From Octopus vulgaris (lineage: Eukaryota), in NCBI GenBank assembly GCA_951406725.2, contig OX597826.1, positions 72,912,001 to 72,976,000 on the forward strand: a DNA stretch of 64,000 nucleotides, read 5' to 3'. The stretch's first letter is position 1. The number at the start of each line of letters is the position of its first letter. Below the pieces are notes generated by a model. It was not told the origin of the DNA. It ran no database searches and saw nothing but the letters and a program-made list of their open reading frames with translations. The position numbers and the translations under genes were made by a program. This document shows positions 27,200 to 41,149 of this stretch, piece after piece.

Positions 27200-27913
27200 A
27201 ACCTTAAGCAACCTTTATTCAGGGACCTTTTGAGCGGGATGGGCTACTCGATCTGAAGAAAATTTTAACTGGGCCTCACCTGCAAGATCATGCGATGTTT
27301 ATATTGATATGAGATCACCATGTCGCGCACATTTGGTTGTGATGCATGTGCCTGGTGTAGCCTTATCTGACGGTTAGTCATGATGGGTATAGTGGGCCTC
27401 ATATATTTGTACCCCAATGTCACTTTGATGGTATGCACTGCTCTCTCACTCAATGATAATAATAATAATAATATGCTCTATACCACAGATTTGCTTGTCA
27501 GTGGTTTGACTTTAACCAGTTGAGCATGTCCCTTAGTGGCTGACGATATGTGCATCTCTGATCACGAGCAGAAGTAGTGGGGGAGCATCATAGCCATGTG
27601 TTGAGGGGGATTCTTTGGGGTTTGAATAATTCACCCCTGGAAACATGGGTGGTTCTTTCAACATCCTTAAACAACCCTTATTCAGGGACCTTTTGAGCGG
27701 GATGGGCTACTCAACCTGAAGAAAATTCTAACTGGACCCCACCTGCAAGGTCATGTGCTGTTTATCTTGATATGAGATCACCATGTCGCGCACATATGGT
27801 TGTAATCCATGTGCCTGGTGTACCCTTATCAGACGGGTAGTCATGATGGGTATAATGGGCCTCGTATATTTGTACCCCAATGTCACTTTGATGGTATGCA
27901 CTGCTCTCTCACT
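27200..27913 (+). mobile_element. Two tandem truncated copies of the ~550-bp AAT-tailed repeat
   Basis: Both end in GCACTGCTCTCTCACTC followed by an AAT-rich run. Confidence 0.8.
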
Positions 27914-27918
27914 CAATG

Positions 27919-27970
<52 letters not shown>

Positions 27971-28139
27971 TTTCTTTTATTGTCCACAAGGACCCAGAAC
28001 ATGGAGGACAATTTCGAAGTTACAGCAAAAAAATTACAAAAACATGTGGGCTTAACATCAATCAAAGGGAGATACTACCACATGAAAGGATATAACAGAG
28101 GATATATAGCAGAAAATAGAGAAATGAATAAATAATTTC

Positions 28140-30300
28140 CACTATATTGAAGCGTCAGAGGCTTGCTGGAGATTGTTTGAGAGTTTCCAAGTCAGCAAAG
28201 GCAGCCTGCTGTTGAATGCTTATCGATACACTTGCCAGATCGATAGATGATTGTGTTTAATCCGAATCATTCACAAGAAGCTTTACCAAATAATAGATCG
28301 ACCAAATTGACAGTATATTTCAAGATGAATGAAGAAAATCTCCCAGCAAAAGATATCCTCTATTTTGACTTTCCACAACATTATACTTGGTGTAGCAATA
28401 ATAAAAGTTGGAGGAGAAGAGTTAGATAAAGTAACGATATTCCAGAAGCTATCTTATCTTAGTCTATTACTTCAACATAAAGCGGGGGCGACAAGCTTTG
28501 AAAATTAACAGTGTTGTTAGCGAACATTTTAAGCACGCATATTAAATGATGAATCTATTAGAAAATGATCAAGAATGGGAACGTTGTCTAAATGAGGCAA
28601 GAACAATATGTTCGGCGAATGATTTACGAATTTTGTTTGTCAGTATTCTTCAGTTTTGCTCTCCATGTAGACCACTAGAATCATACAACATGTTTCGTGA
28701 AGATCTTTGCCAGGATCACTTCCACCAAATGAGACAACACAATTTTTCTGATGAAGCAGCTTTGGATATTGCACTGAATCATATGCTGTGTGAAGTGGAT
28801 CATCGCATGGATTGCCTGCTGCTATTTATTATCTCCGAATGAACAATGTTCTACTTCATGAAGATGAGATGGATCCAAATGCAGAAGAATTTTTCAATGC
28901 TAGCATCCATATGTTAAATAATGACCAGAGAATCATTTTTCAAAAATATTCAACAGAAAATTGATAGAAATGAAGGTGGTTTGATATTTATTGATGCACC
29001 TGAGGGTACTGGCAAAGCTTTTCTTCTTAATATATTACTGTCTTATGTGCATAAAAACACCCAACTAGCTATTGCGACAGCGTCATCAGGCTTTGCTGCG
29101 ACACTATTGAAGCTAGGTCGCACTGCTCGCTCTCGATTCAAGCTCCCCATATCGGTAAACTGTAATTCAAAATTCAAAATATCTCCTTTTGATGTCACTG
29201 GCCGTTTGCTTCCTGATGCCCGCTTGATTGTTTGGGACGAGGCACCCATATGTCATCGTTGTCTATTTGAAGCTCTGAATCGAACACTGAAGGATGTAAT
29301 GAACAACGACTTGATCTTTGGTGGCTAATTGATAATTTTAGGTGGTAATTTCCGTCAAATTCTTCCAGTGGTTCGAAGAGCACAAAGGTCTTCTCTAATT
29401 AGAGCTTGTTTGAATGCGAAGTACTTCATCTCACCACGAATATGAAAGTGCAAAACTGTCTCAGCAATAATGATACCACCTCTCAAGCTCGACTGACATA
29501 TCATTCTGTTTGGTTATTGTAAATTGGTGATGGAAGAACCCCCAATGTTCAAAGACAATTATATGATGAAGTAACAGAGATTCCTCAGCAATTTTAAGTC
29601 AACAGCACGGAGGATTTTATCAACCATGTCTATGAAGATTTAGAGGTTAATTTTAGCAATGCCCAATGGTTATCATCACGTGAAATATTAACAACAAAGA
29701 ATGAAGAAGTCAGCAATCTAAATAACCATATAATCCAGAAATTTTCAAGTGAGATATATACTCTGATGAGTATTGATTCCGTTGCAGAACATCAACAATC
29801 TGCTATCTATCCTCCTAAATTTCTGAATTCTCTTAATATAAGTGGCATGCCACCTCACATTATCAACTTAAAAACGGGTGTTCCTATAATGTTGCTAAGA
29901 AACTGAGATCAGAGAAATGGACACTACAATGGCGCACGTTATAGAGTGTTAGGGTTAGGGTTAAGGTTAGAACGTGTAGACAGACGTTATAGAGTGTTAT
30001 CGGTGTCAGATAATATAACCACTGCAAGTAAAATAACTGGTGTTGATGCAGGACGCACACTTTTGATTCCCCGCATTATTCTGCAACCATCTGATACCGA
30101 TTTGCCCTTTACTTTGAAAAGACGCCAATTTCCAGTGAGACCTGCTTTCGCAATGTCTATAAACAAAAGTCAAAGACAAAGCCTTTCTAAGTGCGGCATC
30201 TATATGCCCGCGTCCGTATTTACTCACGGCCAGTTATATGTCGGAATCAGTAGAGTTGGGGATCCAGTGAATCTTAAAATATTTGCTGATTAAAAAGAAT
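28140..30300 (+). pseudogene. Helitron RepHel remnant (PIF1-like helicase)
   Basis: FIDAPEGTGK, ATASSGFAATLL, IVWDEAP, GNFRQILPVV, RRQFPVRPAFAMSINKSQ, VFTHGQLYVGISRV; stops and frameshifts. Confidence 0.93.
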
Positions 30301-30352
30301 TTACCAGATCAGGAACAAGTAGACATCATAATTAATAATAATAATAATAATA

Positions 30353-30393
<41 letters not shown>

Positions 30394-30754
30394 AAGTATG
30401 TTTCATTACTACTGTTATTCACAATATTTTGCTTTTTCATTGTCACTAATATGAGTTGGCGATTATCAGGTTGCGCAATTACCAGTATTTTTATTGTGAC
30501 ACCACAACTAGCAGTATTATCGATCAGGACATTGGGGAGATTCCAACCACTTCCTTTCATTATTATTATCATTTTTTCCTCCTTCTTTCTTCAAAACATT
30601 AGCGCTCTGGACAAAATACTTAACGGTATTTCGCCGGTCGCGATGTCAACTTTGCCTTTTATTCTTACAGGGTCGATAAAATAAGTACCAGTCGAGTACT
30701 GAAGTCGATGTAATCGACTCATCACCTCCCCCAAAAAACTACTGGCCTTGTTTT

Positions 30755-31062
30755 GCTTGTTTTTCTGTGGACAAGGTATCTCAAGAACGGTTGGATAAAT
30801 TCGGATGACACTATCAGGAATGTTTGGCCTCGTGATTGGCACGAACTGATTAGATTTTGGGATAGATCCGAGAATTCTGGATTATTTTTCCTGTTTTTTA
30901 CTTACTTTTTGAGAGCGGTTGGATTCATTTTTAGTATTTTCGTTTGTGAGAGCAGTCGAGTTTATTTAGATATTCTCATTTTAAAACTCATCTCTGGCTA
31001 ATCGTTGAGAGGACATTGGTGTTGAATTGGCGGAGGTTTGCGCTCCCTGAGTACTCTTGTTA
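30755..31062 (+). mobile_element. Possible Helentron/HINE-like non-autonomous element
   Basis: 3' TTGGCGGAGGT followed by a short hairpin GCGCTC-CCT-GAGTAC and a T-rich end; family assignment by recalled resemblance only. Confidence 0.45.
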
Positions 31063-31311
31063 TTGACTTTTAATCTGCATGTTTGTTACAATCATTTACC
31101 GAGATACACCCAGCGTTCTAAGGCGAGTGAAGGATAAGAGGTGCTACAGTATGACTGAAAGCTCGAGGAGGGGAAGTGGCAGAGGCAGTAGCTTTAAGTA
31201 GCTTTAAGTAATACAACACAGACATTCAAATGGACAGGGGTTTTCTAAGGATGTGGGCAGTACTTGTCAGCACAATCTTTTGGATTTCTCTGAGACATGG
31301 TCCTCCTTTTT

Positions 31312-31617
31312 TTAGTTTGTTCCTTCTCGAGCCATGCATGGCTCATAAGGGCCGGTTTCCCGGTTTCCTTGGTGTATAGGTTCCCCACCTGGACGGGATG
31401 CCGATCCGTTGCAGGTGAGCTGCAAGATACAGGAGGAAAAAGTGAGGGAAAGTTGTGGCGAAAGAATCAGCAGAAGTTCGCCATTACCTTCTGCCGGAGC
31501 CGCGTGGAGCTTAGGTGTTTTCGCTCATAAACACACACATCGCCCGGTCTGAGATTCGAACCCGCGATCCTTCGACCGCGCTTCCGCTGCTCTAACCACT
31601 CGGCCATGTGCCTCCAC
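31312..31617 (-). mobile_element. SINE family B
   Basis: TGGCCGAGTGGTTAG / GGTTCGAATCTC boxes. Confidence 0.8.
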
Positions 31618-31915
31618 ACATGGTCCTCCTGGGATATTATCCAGATGTTTTTTGGCACCCCTGTTCCTGTTATTGTGGGTGCCCTGAGTATGATAAGAAA
31701 TTATCATACCCAGGGCACCCACAATAAAAGGAACAGTTTTCACTTTAAGATGCCACATCTTTTGTATTTCGATTTCTAGGTCCTTATATTTACTTAATTT
31801 ATCAAATTCCTTCGCAGATATGTTTTTATCAGTGGGAACACTTACATCTATCAGTCTACAAATATTTTCTTCCCTGTCTTTAATGACTATGTGTGGTCGA
31901 TTAGCCTGGACTGCA
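31618..31915 (-). mobile_element. R4-type LINE endonuclease fragment
   Basis: ANRPHIVIKD..LIDVSVP.DKN..KEFDKLSKYKDL. Confidence 0.85.
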
Positions 31916-32499
31916 ATGACATGGAGAAAGAAGAGCTGAACGATTGATGAATCACAGTGACAAAAGGGGGTAGGCGAAACAGGAGGAGAGTACATAGCCC
32001 CACCCCAAGAAATCAACAAAAACCTAATTCTGAAACCACAACTGCAACACAATTCACAACTACTCAGACAAAAACAACAAAAACAAGATCAACAACTTCA
32101 GACAGCAACATCATCAACAACAGCATGAAATCCATAAACACAGAAACAACCAATTACATCGACTTCAAAATTATTCATGAGTCTGTAGACGAAATGTATC
32201 CATCAATTTCACTGTTGTGACTACGTCTAACAGTGAATTGATGAATTTTGTAAGTCAACCCAAAAACAAAATAGAGACAGAGAGAAAGGAATTTGAGGAT
32301 GAAATCCTCATAACCCCCATGGGCAGACCTTTAGTTAAAACGTCGTCAGACGTTTATAAAACTATAATAGAAAAGTTCCCAGGTAGTGTAGGGATTAAAA
32401 AAAAATTTGTTCATAAAAAGCTGTTGGAAGGGCCTTTTAAGAAATTTTTATCGGTAGATAAGCCCCGCAATACTTAATATTTACAGAGGATTAGTTGCT

Positions 32500-33310
32500 G
32501 GGAAGTGCAATGACATCCTCGAGGAGACCCTAGGCGTCGACGAAGACGAACTGGCAAGTCTATTCGGGAGGGCCTTTCGGTCGGGGACTGTTATAGACAA
32601 TTTTCAGATGCCTTTGGCCTGGTAGTGCTACCTGAGGGCGCTATCTGTACGAGACGGGCTTGTCCTAGGTGCTCGCAGAGCGACGAAACCTTTCTGCAAG
32701 CACTCGTTTAGTGTCTGGGCATTGCTGACTCGTGGAGTTACGTCGAACAGCTGCTGTCGCATGTAGGACGGATCCATATATCAGCCGAGTCCATAATGAT
32801 GATTGCCCCACCGCCCTCCTTTAATCGGGCAGGCAAGGCAGTTTTCCTTTGTCTGATGACTGTGGTGGAAGAGGTTATCTGATGGACGAGACTGAAAGGA
32901 ATGAGGACAGAGACTTCCTCTTTGGTAAAGCCCTCATCGACTTTTTTTCAAGTTTCACTTGAAAAGGAAAGTGAGGGTGGAGAGGAAGGTGCTATCCTCG
33001 AGTGAATTCATGAAAAGATGGGTGAAAATTGCGAAAATGGCAAGAGTGTACCAATCTCAGTGTAGACCTGTGAGTCGGAAAAAAGAAGCTGGAGAGAGCT
33101 CTTGTTCTTGGTATTCAGGGTAATCTTGGATGTACCAGGAGGACCCCATCACTATCACTTGTTTCCTCTTTTTCTAATGTCTTATGTTCATCGTGTATAC
33201 TTTATATTTTATCATTCCATTACATGTAAACCCCCACACTTTATGTCTGTCTTTGTATTCTCCTCCTCATCCTTCGCCCTGGTGACAAATAAAAGAAATC
33301 ATTATTATCA
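32500..33310 (+). mobile_element. Tx1/L1-type LINE 3' end
   Basis: Degraded ACPRCSQSDET zinc-knuckle region; 3' end GCCCTGGTGACAAATAAAAG shared with minus-strand pieces at ~13785, ~27970 and ~41860. Confidence 0.55.
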
Positions 33311-34271
33311 TTATAATCATCAATAATATTAATACGCTTAGTTATGTTGGTTTTTGTCCGTACTTGTAGTGTGTGTCACACTTATTTCAAAGCGAGAGAG
33401 AGAGAGGACAGAGAGGAAGTAAATGAGAAAGAGAGGAAGTAAGAGAGAAAGAGAGAGGGTGAGAAAGAAAGAGAAAGTGTGAGAGAGAAAGAGAGAGTGA
33501 GAGAGAGAGAGAAAGCGAGAAAGAGAGAGTGAAAGACAGAGAGTGAAAGAGACAGTGAGTGGTGACGGCGTTCATATTGTGTTTTTAATGTTTATCACAT
33601 TGCAAGAAAAGTAGATACATAGATCCAGAGTAAAGTTGATAAATAGATACAAACATAGATTGTTAAATTAAAAGTGGGAGAGAGGAGGGACACAGAGGAA
33701 GTGTAAGAGAAAGAGAGAAAGTGAGAGACAGTAGATACATAGATCGAAAGAAAAGTTATAGTTACATAAACACAGCAAATATTGGATGCCACTTTCACTT
33801 TTCATTTCCACACGAGGATAAAATTAACTCGCAAGTGGCTGAGTACTGCACAGACATGCATATCATTAACATAGTTCTTAGGGACATTCAGTCACACAGA
33901 ATATGACAAGCTACATATTCTGTGTGACTCATTTTGGCTAACTGAGTGGACTGCAGCAAGCGAAACTTGCAAGTGGTTGGAAGAAAACGAAAAAAAGATC
34001 CTACATAGGGCAGGAAAATCTTTTTAGTCGTTAGGGTCTCTATAGGTGTTAATCCGGTCCTAACAGCGGCATTTGTGGGTCTCACAGATGTGGAGGCCAA
34101 TCCCCCTGATAAACATCGATGCGCTGGCTATTGTTATCAAACTGAGCGTGAGTCGAGGGCGAGTACACGACGGAATAGCAATTATTTCGTCTAAGCTTTC
34201 ACTGCTTATACTAAACACACGACATTTTTGCCTTACCATATGGAACATTACCTTTTCTTTCACTCAATAAA

Positions 34272-34581
34272 TGGTACTCCGTCGGTTATGACGACGTGGT
34301 TTCTGTTTATCTGATCAACGAACAGTCTGCTCGTAAAATTAATGCACAAGTGGCCGAGTACTCCACAGACATACTACCATAAGGTCGTCCTCGGGGAGAT
34401 TCAACCTCACACAGAATGGCCCCTTTGAATTACAGCTACAACTCATTTTTGCCACCTGAGTGGACTGCAGCAAGGTGAAGTAGAGTACCTTGCTAAAAAA
34501 CACAGCGCGCCGCAGGGAATCGTACTTGTGACTTTACGACCTTGGGTCGAATACTCTTGACCACTGAGCCACGCACCTTCA
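34272..34581 (-). mobile_element. SINE family B, diverged
   Basis: Reverse complement of 7266-7588. Confidence 0.7.
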
Positions 34582-35186
34582 TTCCCTTAACCGTAGAGAA
34601 AAGGGGTGAAGCAACATAGACAACTAAAGGAAAGCCTCAGTCATTTACAATGACAATTAGATTGAAATACGATCGATCTTTTCTATCTTCTTTACTTTTA
34701 ACAATGAAGAAGAGGGAAAGACGTTTAGTAATGAATAGGGGAAGTCTTTCAGGTGTTTACGCTTTTATTCTGGGAGTTCTAGAACGATCGACTGTTAGTT
34801 TTCTCTTCTTTCCCTCACCCCTGGTACTTATTCGCCGTCTTTCATAGTTCTTCATGTCTTTTAGTTGGGCGGGGGGAAGACCATGTTTTTTTTTCAGGTA
34901 ACGTTTTCTCTACAAACTACAAACAAGCGCCCACCGCCCTTTGTTGTTGTTTTTTTTTCATACAAAAGCTAATGCAAATTTCGAACGGCGTATAGCTCCG
35001 AAAAGAGCCCAGAAAAATGGGTAGTACCTCCAACAAAATGGGTGGGGGAGAAAAGTTGCCAACAGGTGGCTACACGAAATTCAACTCTATACTTTAAAGA
35101 GTGTCTTCTACTATAGCCTCGGACCGACCAACGCCTCGTGTGTAAATTTAGTAGATGAAAACTGAAAGAAGCCTGTCATATATATA

Positions 35187-36450
35187 CAGGGTGCGAGGGA
35201 TATTTGAGGACAGTTTTGGTATGCAATAAAACAACTATATTTCAGCATAAATAAATATGTATTTGAATAAACTTTTGTGCATTTTGTCTCAATACTGATT
35301 TTTAAGCAAATTATTCTATAAAACTGCCTTCGGTTTCGATGACTGCTTCAAGGCAGGACTGAAACCACTGGCATGCTGACACTATATGGTCCTTATTTAT
35401 TTTGGACATCACCTGGACAATGGCGGCCTTCAGTGAAGCTATGTTATTATGAGGATGACGATTAGTCTCTCTTTCAACAGCGCTCCACACGTAGTAGTCC
35501 ATGGGATTCAAATTTGGCGAGTTTGGATGCCGCACATTGTGTGTTACATAATCGTAAAGATTGTCTGACAACCATTCTTGGGTGACCTGGGGCGATGTGA
35601 GAAGGTGCTGAGTCTTGTTGAAATACCTATGGCCTTCCATTGCATACTTCATTGATCCATGGCTTGATAACAGTTTCCAGTACCTCAATGTATCCAGTAG
35701 CATTAATTCGAAAATCCCGTTGAAAGATGTGGGGAGGCATCATATGACCTTCGCTACTCACCACTCCTAAAACCATCACAGTTGCTAGAAATTTTGTGTG
35801 CATCATTCTGGGTACTTTAGAGGATCTGCACATAACCACCTGTCATTTCTTCTGTTAGGCTTTTGATGCTGGTCAAAATCTTTTCTTCAGAGAAATACCA
35901 AAGTATGCCTTGTTCACGAGGGTTTTTCACTTTGTTAAATAACCGTTTTGAACGAATGAAACGGTTTGTCTGTGTCTTTGCAGACACGAATTGGCCTTTC
36001 TTCATTTCATAGGATTTGTATCGAATATCACTACGTACCACAGTTCTGATAGTTCACTCTGACACCCGAAGTTCTTTAGCGACGGACATCATTGAACTTC
36101 ATGAGTTTTCATTAATAATGTTTCGAACATGTGTTATAAATTCCGGTGTCCTTTTAGTGTTTGAGCGTTGTGAATGTTTTTTTTTCTCTCTGATACAGAT
36201 GAAACATTACCATCATATGCCTCCAATTCCAACCGAACTTTGTGTAGAAATGAACTTGCAGCATTTAGAAAGTTGGTAATTTCTAAATCACTGTGGTTTG
36301 CATGTGTAGCAACTATGACTGCATGTATTTTCATTTCTTGAGTTAGCACGATATCTTGAAAGGTTTATCTGGAAAAAACATGATGCATTAAATAATTTGA
36401 AGGTGCAATGAGCTAAAATCAAAATGTCCTCAAATACCCCTCGCACTCTG
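35187..36450 (-). mobile_element. Complete but decayed Tc1/mariner transposon, DD37D (maT-like)
   Basis: TIRs CAGGGTGCGAGGGATATTTGAGGACA / TGTCCTCAAATACCCCTCGCACTCTG, TA flanks; FQQD...(37 aa after one frameshift correction)...NPMDYYVW. Confidence 0.93.
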
Positions 36451-36454
36451 TATG

Positions 36455-36492
<38 letters not shown>

Positions 36493-36572
36493 AGTGCAGC
36501 GTGGAAGGTGTTTGTAAGCCATTTAAGAAACACACAAAAGCCGTTCGATTCACTTCAACATTTAAGTTTGAT

Positions 36573-36620
36573 TTGTCAAAATATTTTCGTCGCTAAAATC
36601 CGCGACCTGTTCACTGACAA
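36573..36620 (-). ncRNA. Hammerhead-like motif, G3:C8 variant (left arm)
   Basis: Exact reverse complement of 36645-36692. Confidence 0.62.
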
Positions 36621-36644
36621 AAATCCGTGCACCATCACGGATTT

Positions 36645-36692
36645 TTGTCAGTGAACAGGTCGCGGATTTTAGCGACGAAAATATTTTGACAA
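36645..36692 (+). ncRNA. Hammerhead-like motif, G3:C8 variant (right arm)
   Basis: ttgtca-GTGAACA-G-GTCGC(GGATTTTA)GCGAC-GAAA-ATAT-TT-tgacaa. Confidence 0.65.
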
Positions 36693-36830
36693 ATCAAACT
36701 TAAATGTTGAAGTGAATCGAACGGCTTTTGTGTGTTTCTTAAATGGCTTATAAACACCTTCCACGCTGCAATTGTTTTCGTTTCAGCACACGATCTCAGA
36801 TCAAATTACTTGCTATGCGAGTACATCTCC

Positions 36831-36916
<86 letters not shown>

Positions 36917-37064
36917 ATATAAGAGAGTAACCCCTATGCGGTCGACTCTAGCACTAAAAATAGATCCGCTAGGTTTCAGCCACAAAGAATTGTTTCCGAT
37001 GAAATTTAGCACGACTACTAGCGCAAACGAACAGGGCAAATAAAAATAACAAAAATGTAGATTA

Positions 37065-37141
37065 GTTCAGGACAATTGTTTCGCTATTAATAAATTATGT
37101 AATTTTACTCACACAACATATCTATAGCTCTTCAGCCGAAC
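37065..37141 (-). ncRNA. Hammerhead ribozyme motif
   Basis: gttcgg-CTGAAGA-GCTAT...ATAGC-GAAA-CAATTG-TC-ctgaac; all stems intact. Confidence 0.85.
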
Positions 37142-37247
37142 CCGTCCAGAATACAATTTACTCGACCGCACGCAAGATTTTGCCATAACGACAAACACAC
37201 GTGCGGTTCAGTCGATTGCACTCGCTGTTATAATTCAAGTGCCCCTG

Positions 37248-37316
<69 letters not shown>

Positions 37317-37797
37317 ATATTTTTATGTGTGTGTTTGTGCCTGTGTTTGTCCCCATCACCACCATTTGACAACCGATGTTGGTGTGTTTGCGTCCCCGTA
37401 ACTTAGCTGTTCGGCATGAGAGACTGATAGAATAAGCACCAGGCCAACAGGGCATAAGTCCAGGAGGCGATTTCTTCGACTAAAGTGTGGTGCTCCAGCA
37501 TGGCCACCGTCAAATAACTGAAATAAGTAAAAGAATAAAAGAATACCAGAAGAACGTTCTGTACCACTAAACCAAGAAGGTTCCTTGAATATTTACGATG
37601 TATTTTAAGACTAAATAGTAATTCTGTTTACGTTTGCGTAACTGAGATATTTTGGTTAGATTGCATAGTTAGCGGTTTTACACTTCTTTCTATATTCTGT
37701 AACTGTCACAATATAGTAATATTTCTCATGGCACCAGCACACAATTTACAGATCTTTACATTTGTATGTATCGGTAAATTTTTCACAGGTCCAGCTA

Positions 37798-37874
<77 letters not shown>

Positions 37875-37875
<1 letters not shown>

Positions 37876-38145
37876 TACCTTCTTTCTTCAAATTTTCTTC
37901 TATTTCTCGTCGAGTGTTTTCCGTACACCTAGGGCAGAGAAGCTCATTGTATGCATTCCCAGATTACACACGCAAATTCACAACAAAAATATGTATTTAA
38001 AAAAATAAATAAATTCATGGATGGATGTTGTTTTCACAGCGATAATGCTCTTCTCAGTACATGAGTCGTTCCAGTTAACACGATTTTTTGCACTTCCTGG
38101 TATCATTTTCAAATAGGTTTCAGTACCTTTTTTTTTTATCATTAC
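37875..38145 (-). mobile_element. R4-type LINE 3' end
   Basis: Reverse complement of about 40860-41140; abuts (ATT)n. Confidence 0.8.
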
Positions 38146-38149
38146 TCAA

Positions 38150-38714
38150 AGCTTCAAATTTGGAGGAAGGGATTAAGTCGATTACATCGACCCCGAAAGG
38201 ATGAAAGGCAAAGTCGACCTCGGCGGAATTTGAACTCAGAACGTAGCGGCAGACAAAATACCTATTTCTTTACTACCCACAAGGGGCTAAACACAGAGGA
38301 GACAAACACGGACAGACAGACAGATTAAGTCAATTATATCGACCCCAATGCGTAACTGGTACTTAATTTATCGACCCCGAAAGGATGAAAGGCAAAGTCG
38401 ACCTCGGCGGAATTTGAACTCAGAACGTATCGGCAGACGAAATACCTATTTCTTTATTACCCACAAGGGGCTAAACATAGAGGGGACAAACAAGGACAGA
38501 CATAGGTATTAAGTCGATTACATCGACCCCAGTGCGTAACTGGTACTTAATTCATCGACCCCAAAAGGATGAAAGGTAAAGTCGACCTCGGAGGAATTTG
38601 AACTCACAACGTAACGTCAGACGAAATACGGCTACGCATTTCGCCCGGAGTGCTAACGTCTCTGTCAGCTAAGCATTTTGCCTGGCGTGTCATGATTCTG
38701 TCAGCTCGCCGCCT
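38150..38714 (-). mobile_element. SINE family C with ~184-bp internal tandem triplication
   Basis: AAAGGATGAAAGGCAAAGTCGACCTCGGCGGAATTTGAACTC occurs three times. Confidence 0.85.
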
Positions 38715-38869
38715 TAACAACAACAACAACAATGAGACAGCGATAAAACACTGCTTCGAACTCTATCCAAAAACATCGGGAATAAAGACAACAAATGGAA
38801 CCTAAAACTACTGACAAAATGTTGGACTATATCCGAGTAAGTAATACTCATTAAAATGTGTAGGATGGA

Positions 38870-39699
38870 AGATTGCGAAGATAAAGCATCGTACAATCAC
38901 TTGAGAATGAATGAAACTGAAAATAGGTAGATAAAGAAAAGAATGCATGGACAATTTCATAGGGATGTTGAAGATAAGACAGACAGAGAAAAAAGATGGC
39001 TATGGATGACTAAAAGTGATTTAAAACCGGAAACGGGGAGGCTCTAATCTGTGCTGCCCAAGAGAAAGCTTTAAGAACCAATTACGTCAAATACAGAATA
39101 GACAACACATCAGAAAGTAATAAGTGCAGAATTTGTGGATAAAATGGTGAAAGCGTATGGCATATTACCAGCCAATGTACGCCACTAGACCAGAAAATAT
39201 ATAAGAGTCTTCACGACAATATAGAAAGGATTATCCATTGGACACTTTGCAACAAATATGGACTTGACAGAGCAAGAAAGTGGTACGAACAAATCCGAAG
39301 GCATCATCGAAAATGTTAATGCAAAGATCCTATGGGGTTATATGATTCAGTACGACCATGAGATAGAGAATGGGAAACCAGACATAGTGTTAATTGAGAA
39401 AGAATGCAAACGATTCTGGACTATAAATATAGCATGCCCAGCTGACCACAAGGTATGCGATAAGGAAGATGAAAAGTCGACGGATATGACAGGTTAGGCG
39501 GTGGTAGTAGTACCAATAATTGTCGGAGCCATGGGAATAGTGAGTAAAAATCTTGAGAAGTACATGGAACAAATAGGGACTGCAATAAGGGTGGAGCACT
39601 TGCAGAAAACAGCACTGCTTGGAACGGCTTGAATACTCCGAATGGTGCTCAAAAAATAAGGAGTGTTAGAAGCTGTGCAAAAACAACAACAACAACAAC

Positions 39700-39746
<47 letters not shown>

Positions 39747-40182
39747 TAGAAATTAAGGCCAACAGACCAGATATAGTTGTCAGAGATCATGAAGAAAAAA
39801 AATGCTTTCTAATTGATGTATCAATACCAGCAGATGACAACGTGTCTCTAAAAGAAATGGAGAAACTTTCAAAATACAAAGACCTGGAAATAGAGGTAAC
39901 CAGAATGTGGAATCTAAAAACAGAAACAATCCCTATCATAGTAGGTGCATTAGGCATGATAAAAAATATTCAGACAAATACATAACAAAATAACCAGGAC
40001 TTACAAACACATATAACATACAGAAAATTGCACTACTAGGCACTGCACACATCCTACGCAGAACACTTTCCATACAATAACCATCAGAGCATCACAACAA
40101 ATCACAGCACATACCCAAGGCACACAGGGCTGCGCTCGGTAGTGAAGTGAAAGCACGCTATAAAAATAAAATAATAATAATG

Positions 40183-40239
<57 letters not shown>

Positions 40240-41145
40240 TATCAGACAAAAAGGATGTGTTTATTAATTGACATGAGTATTCCTTGCGATCACAATATAG
40301 CGGCGAAAGAATTTGACAAGATCAGTAAATATAAAGACTTGCAAAGAGAAATTGAAAAAAACGTGGCATCTCAAGGCCACTACAGTACCAGTGACTGTAG
40401 GATCTCTAGGAATGATAAAAAAGGTACTGAAACCTATTTGAAAATGATTCCAGGTCTACCATCCCTACAAGAAGTGCAAAAAATCGTATTAACTGGAACG
40501 GTTCATGTACTGAGAAGAGCATTATCGCTGTGAAAACAACATCCATTCATGAATTTATTTATTTATTAATTTTTTTAAATAAATATTTTTGTTGTGAATT
40601 TGCGTGTGTAATCTGGGAATGTATACAATGAGCTTCTCTGCCCTAGGTGCATGGAAAACACTCGGCGAGAAACGGAAGAAAATTTGAAGAAAGAAGGAAA
40701 ATTAACAATAGTAATAATAATAATAATAATAATAATGATAATAATAATAATAATAATAATGATAATAATGATGATAATAATCAGTAAATATAAAGACTTG
40801 CTAATAGAAATTGAAAAAATGTGGCATCTCAAGGCGACTACAGTACCAGTGATTGTAGGATCTCTAGGAATGATAAAAAAAAGGTACTGAAACCTATTTG
40901 AAAATGATACAGGAAGTGTAAAAAATCGTATTAACTGGAACGGCTCATGTACTGAGAAGAGCATTATCGCTGTGAAAACAACATCCATTCATGAATTTAT
41001 TTATTTATTAATTTTTTAAAATAAATATTTTACCTGTGAATTTGCGTGTGTAATCTGGGAATGCATACAATAAGCTTCTCTGCCCTCGGTGTATGGACAA
41101 CACTCGGCGAGAAACGGAAGAAAAGTTGAAGAAAGAAGGAAAAAA
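38870..41145 (+). mobile_element. Stack of four 5'-truncated R4/Dong-type LINEs separated by (AAT)n
   Basis: Units 38870-39670, 39748-40170, 40238-40700, 40780-41145 with PDIV / IDVSIP / KYKDL / VGALG motifs. Confidence 0.88.
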
Positions 41146-41149
41146 AAAG

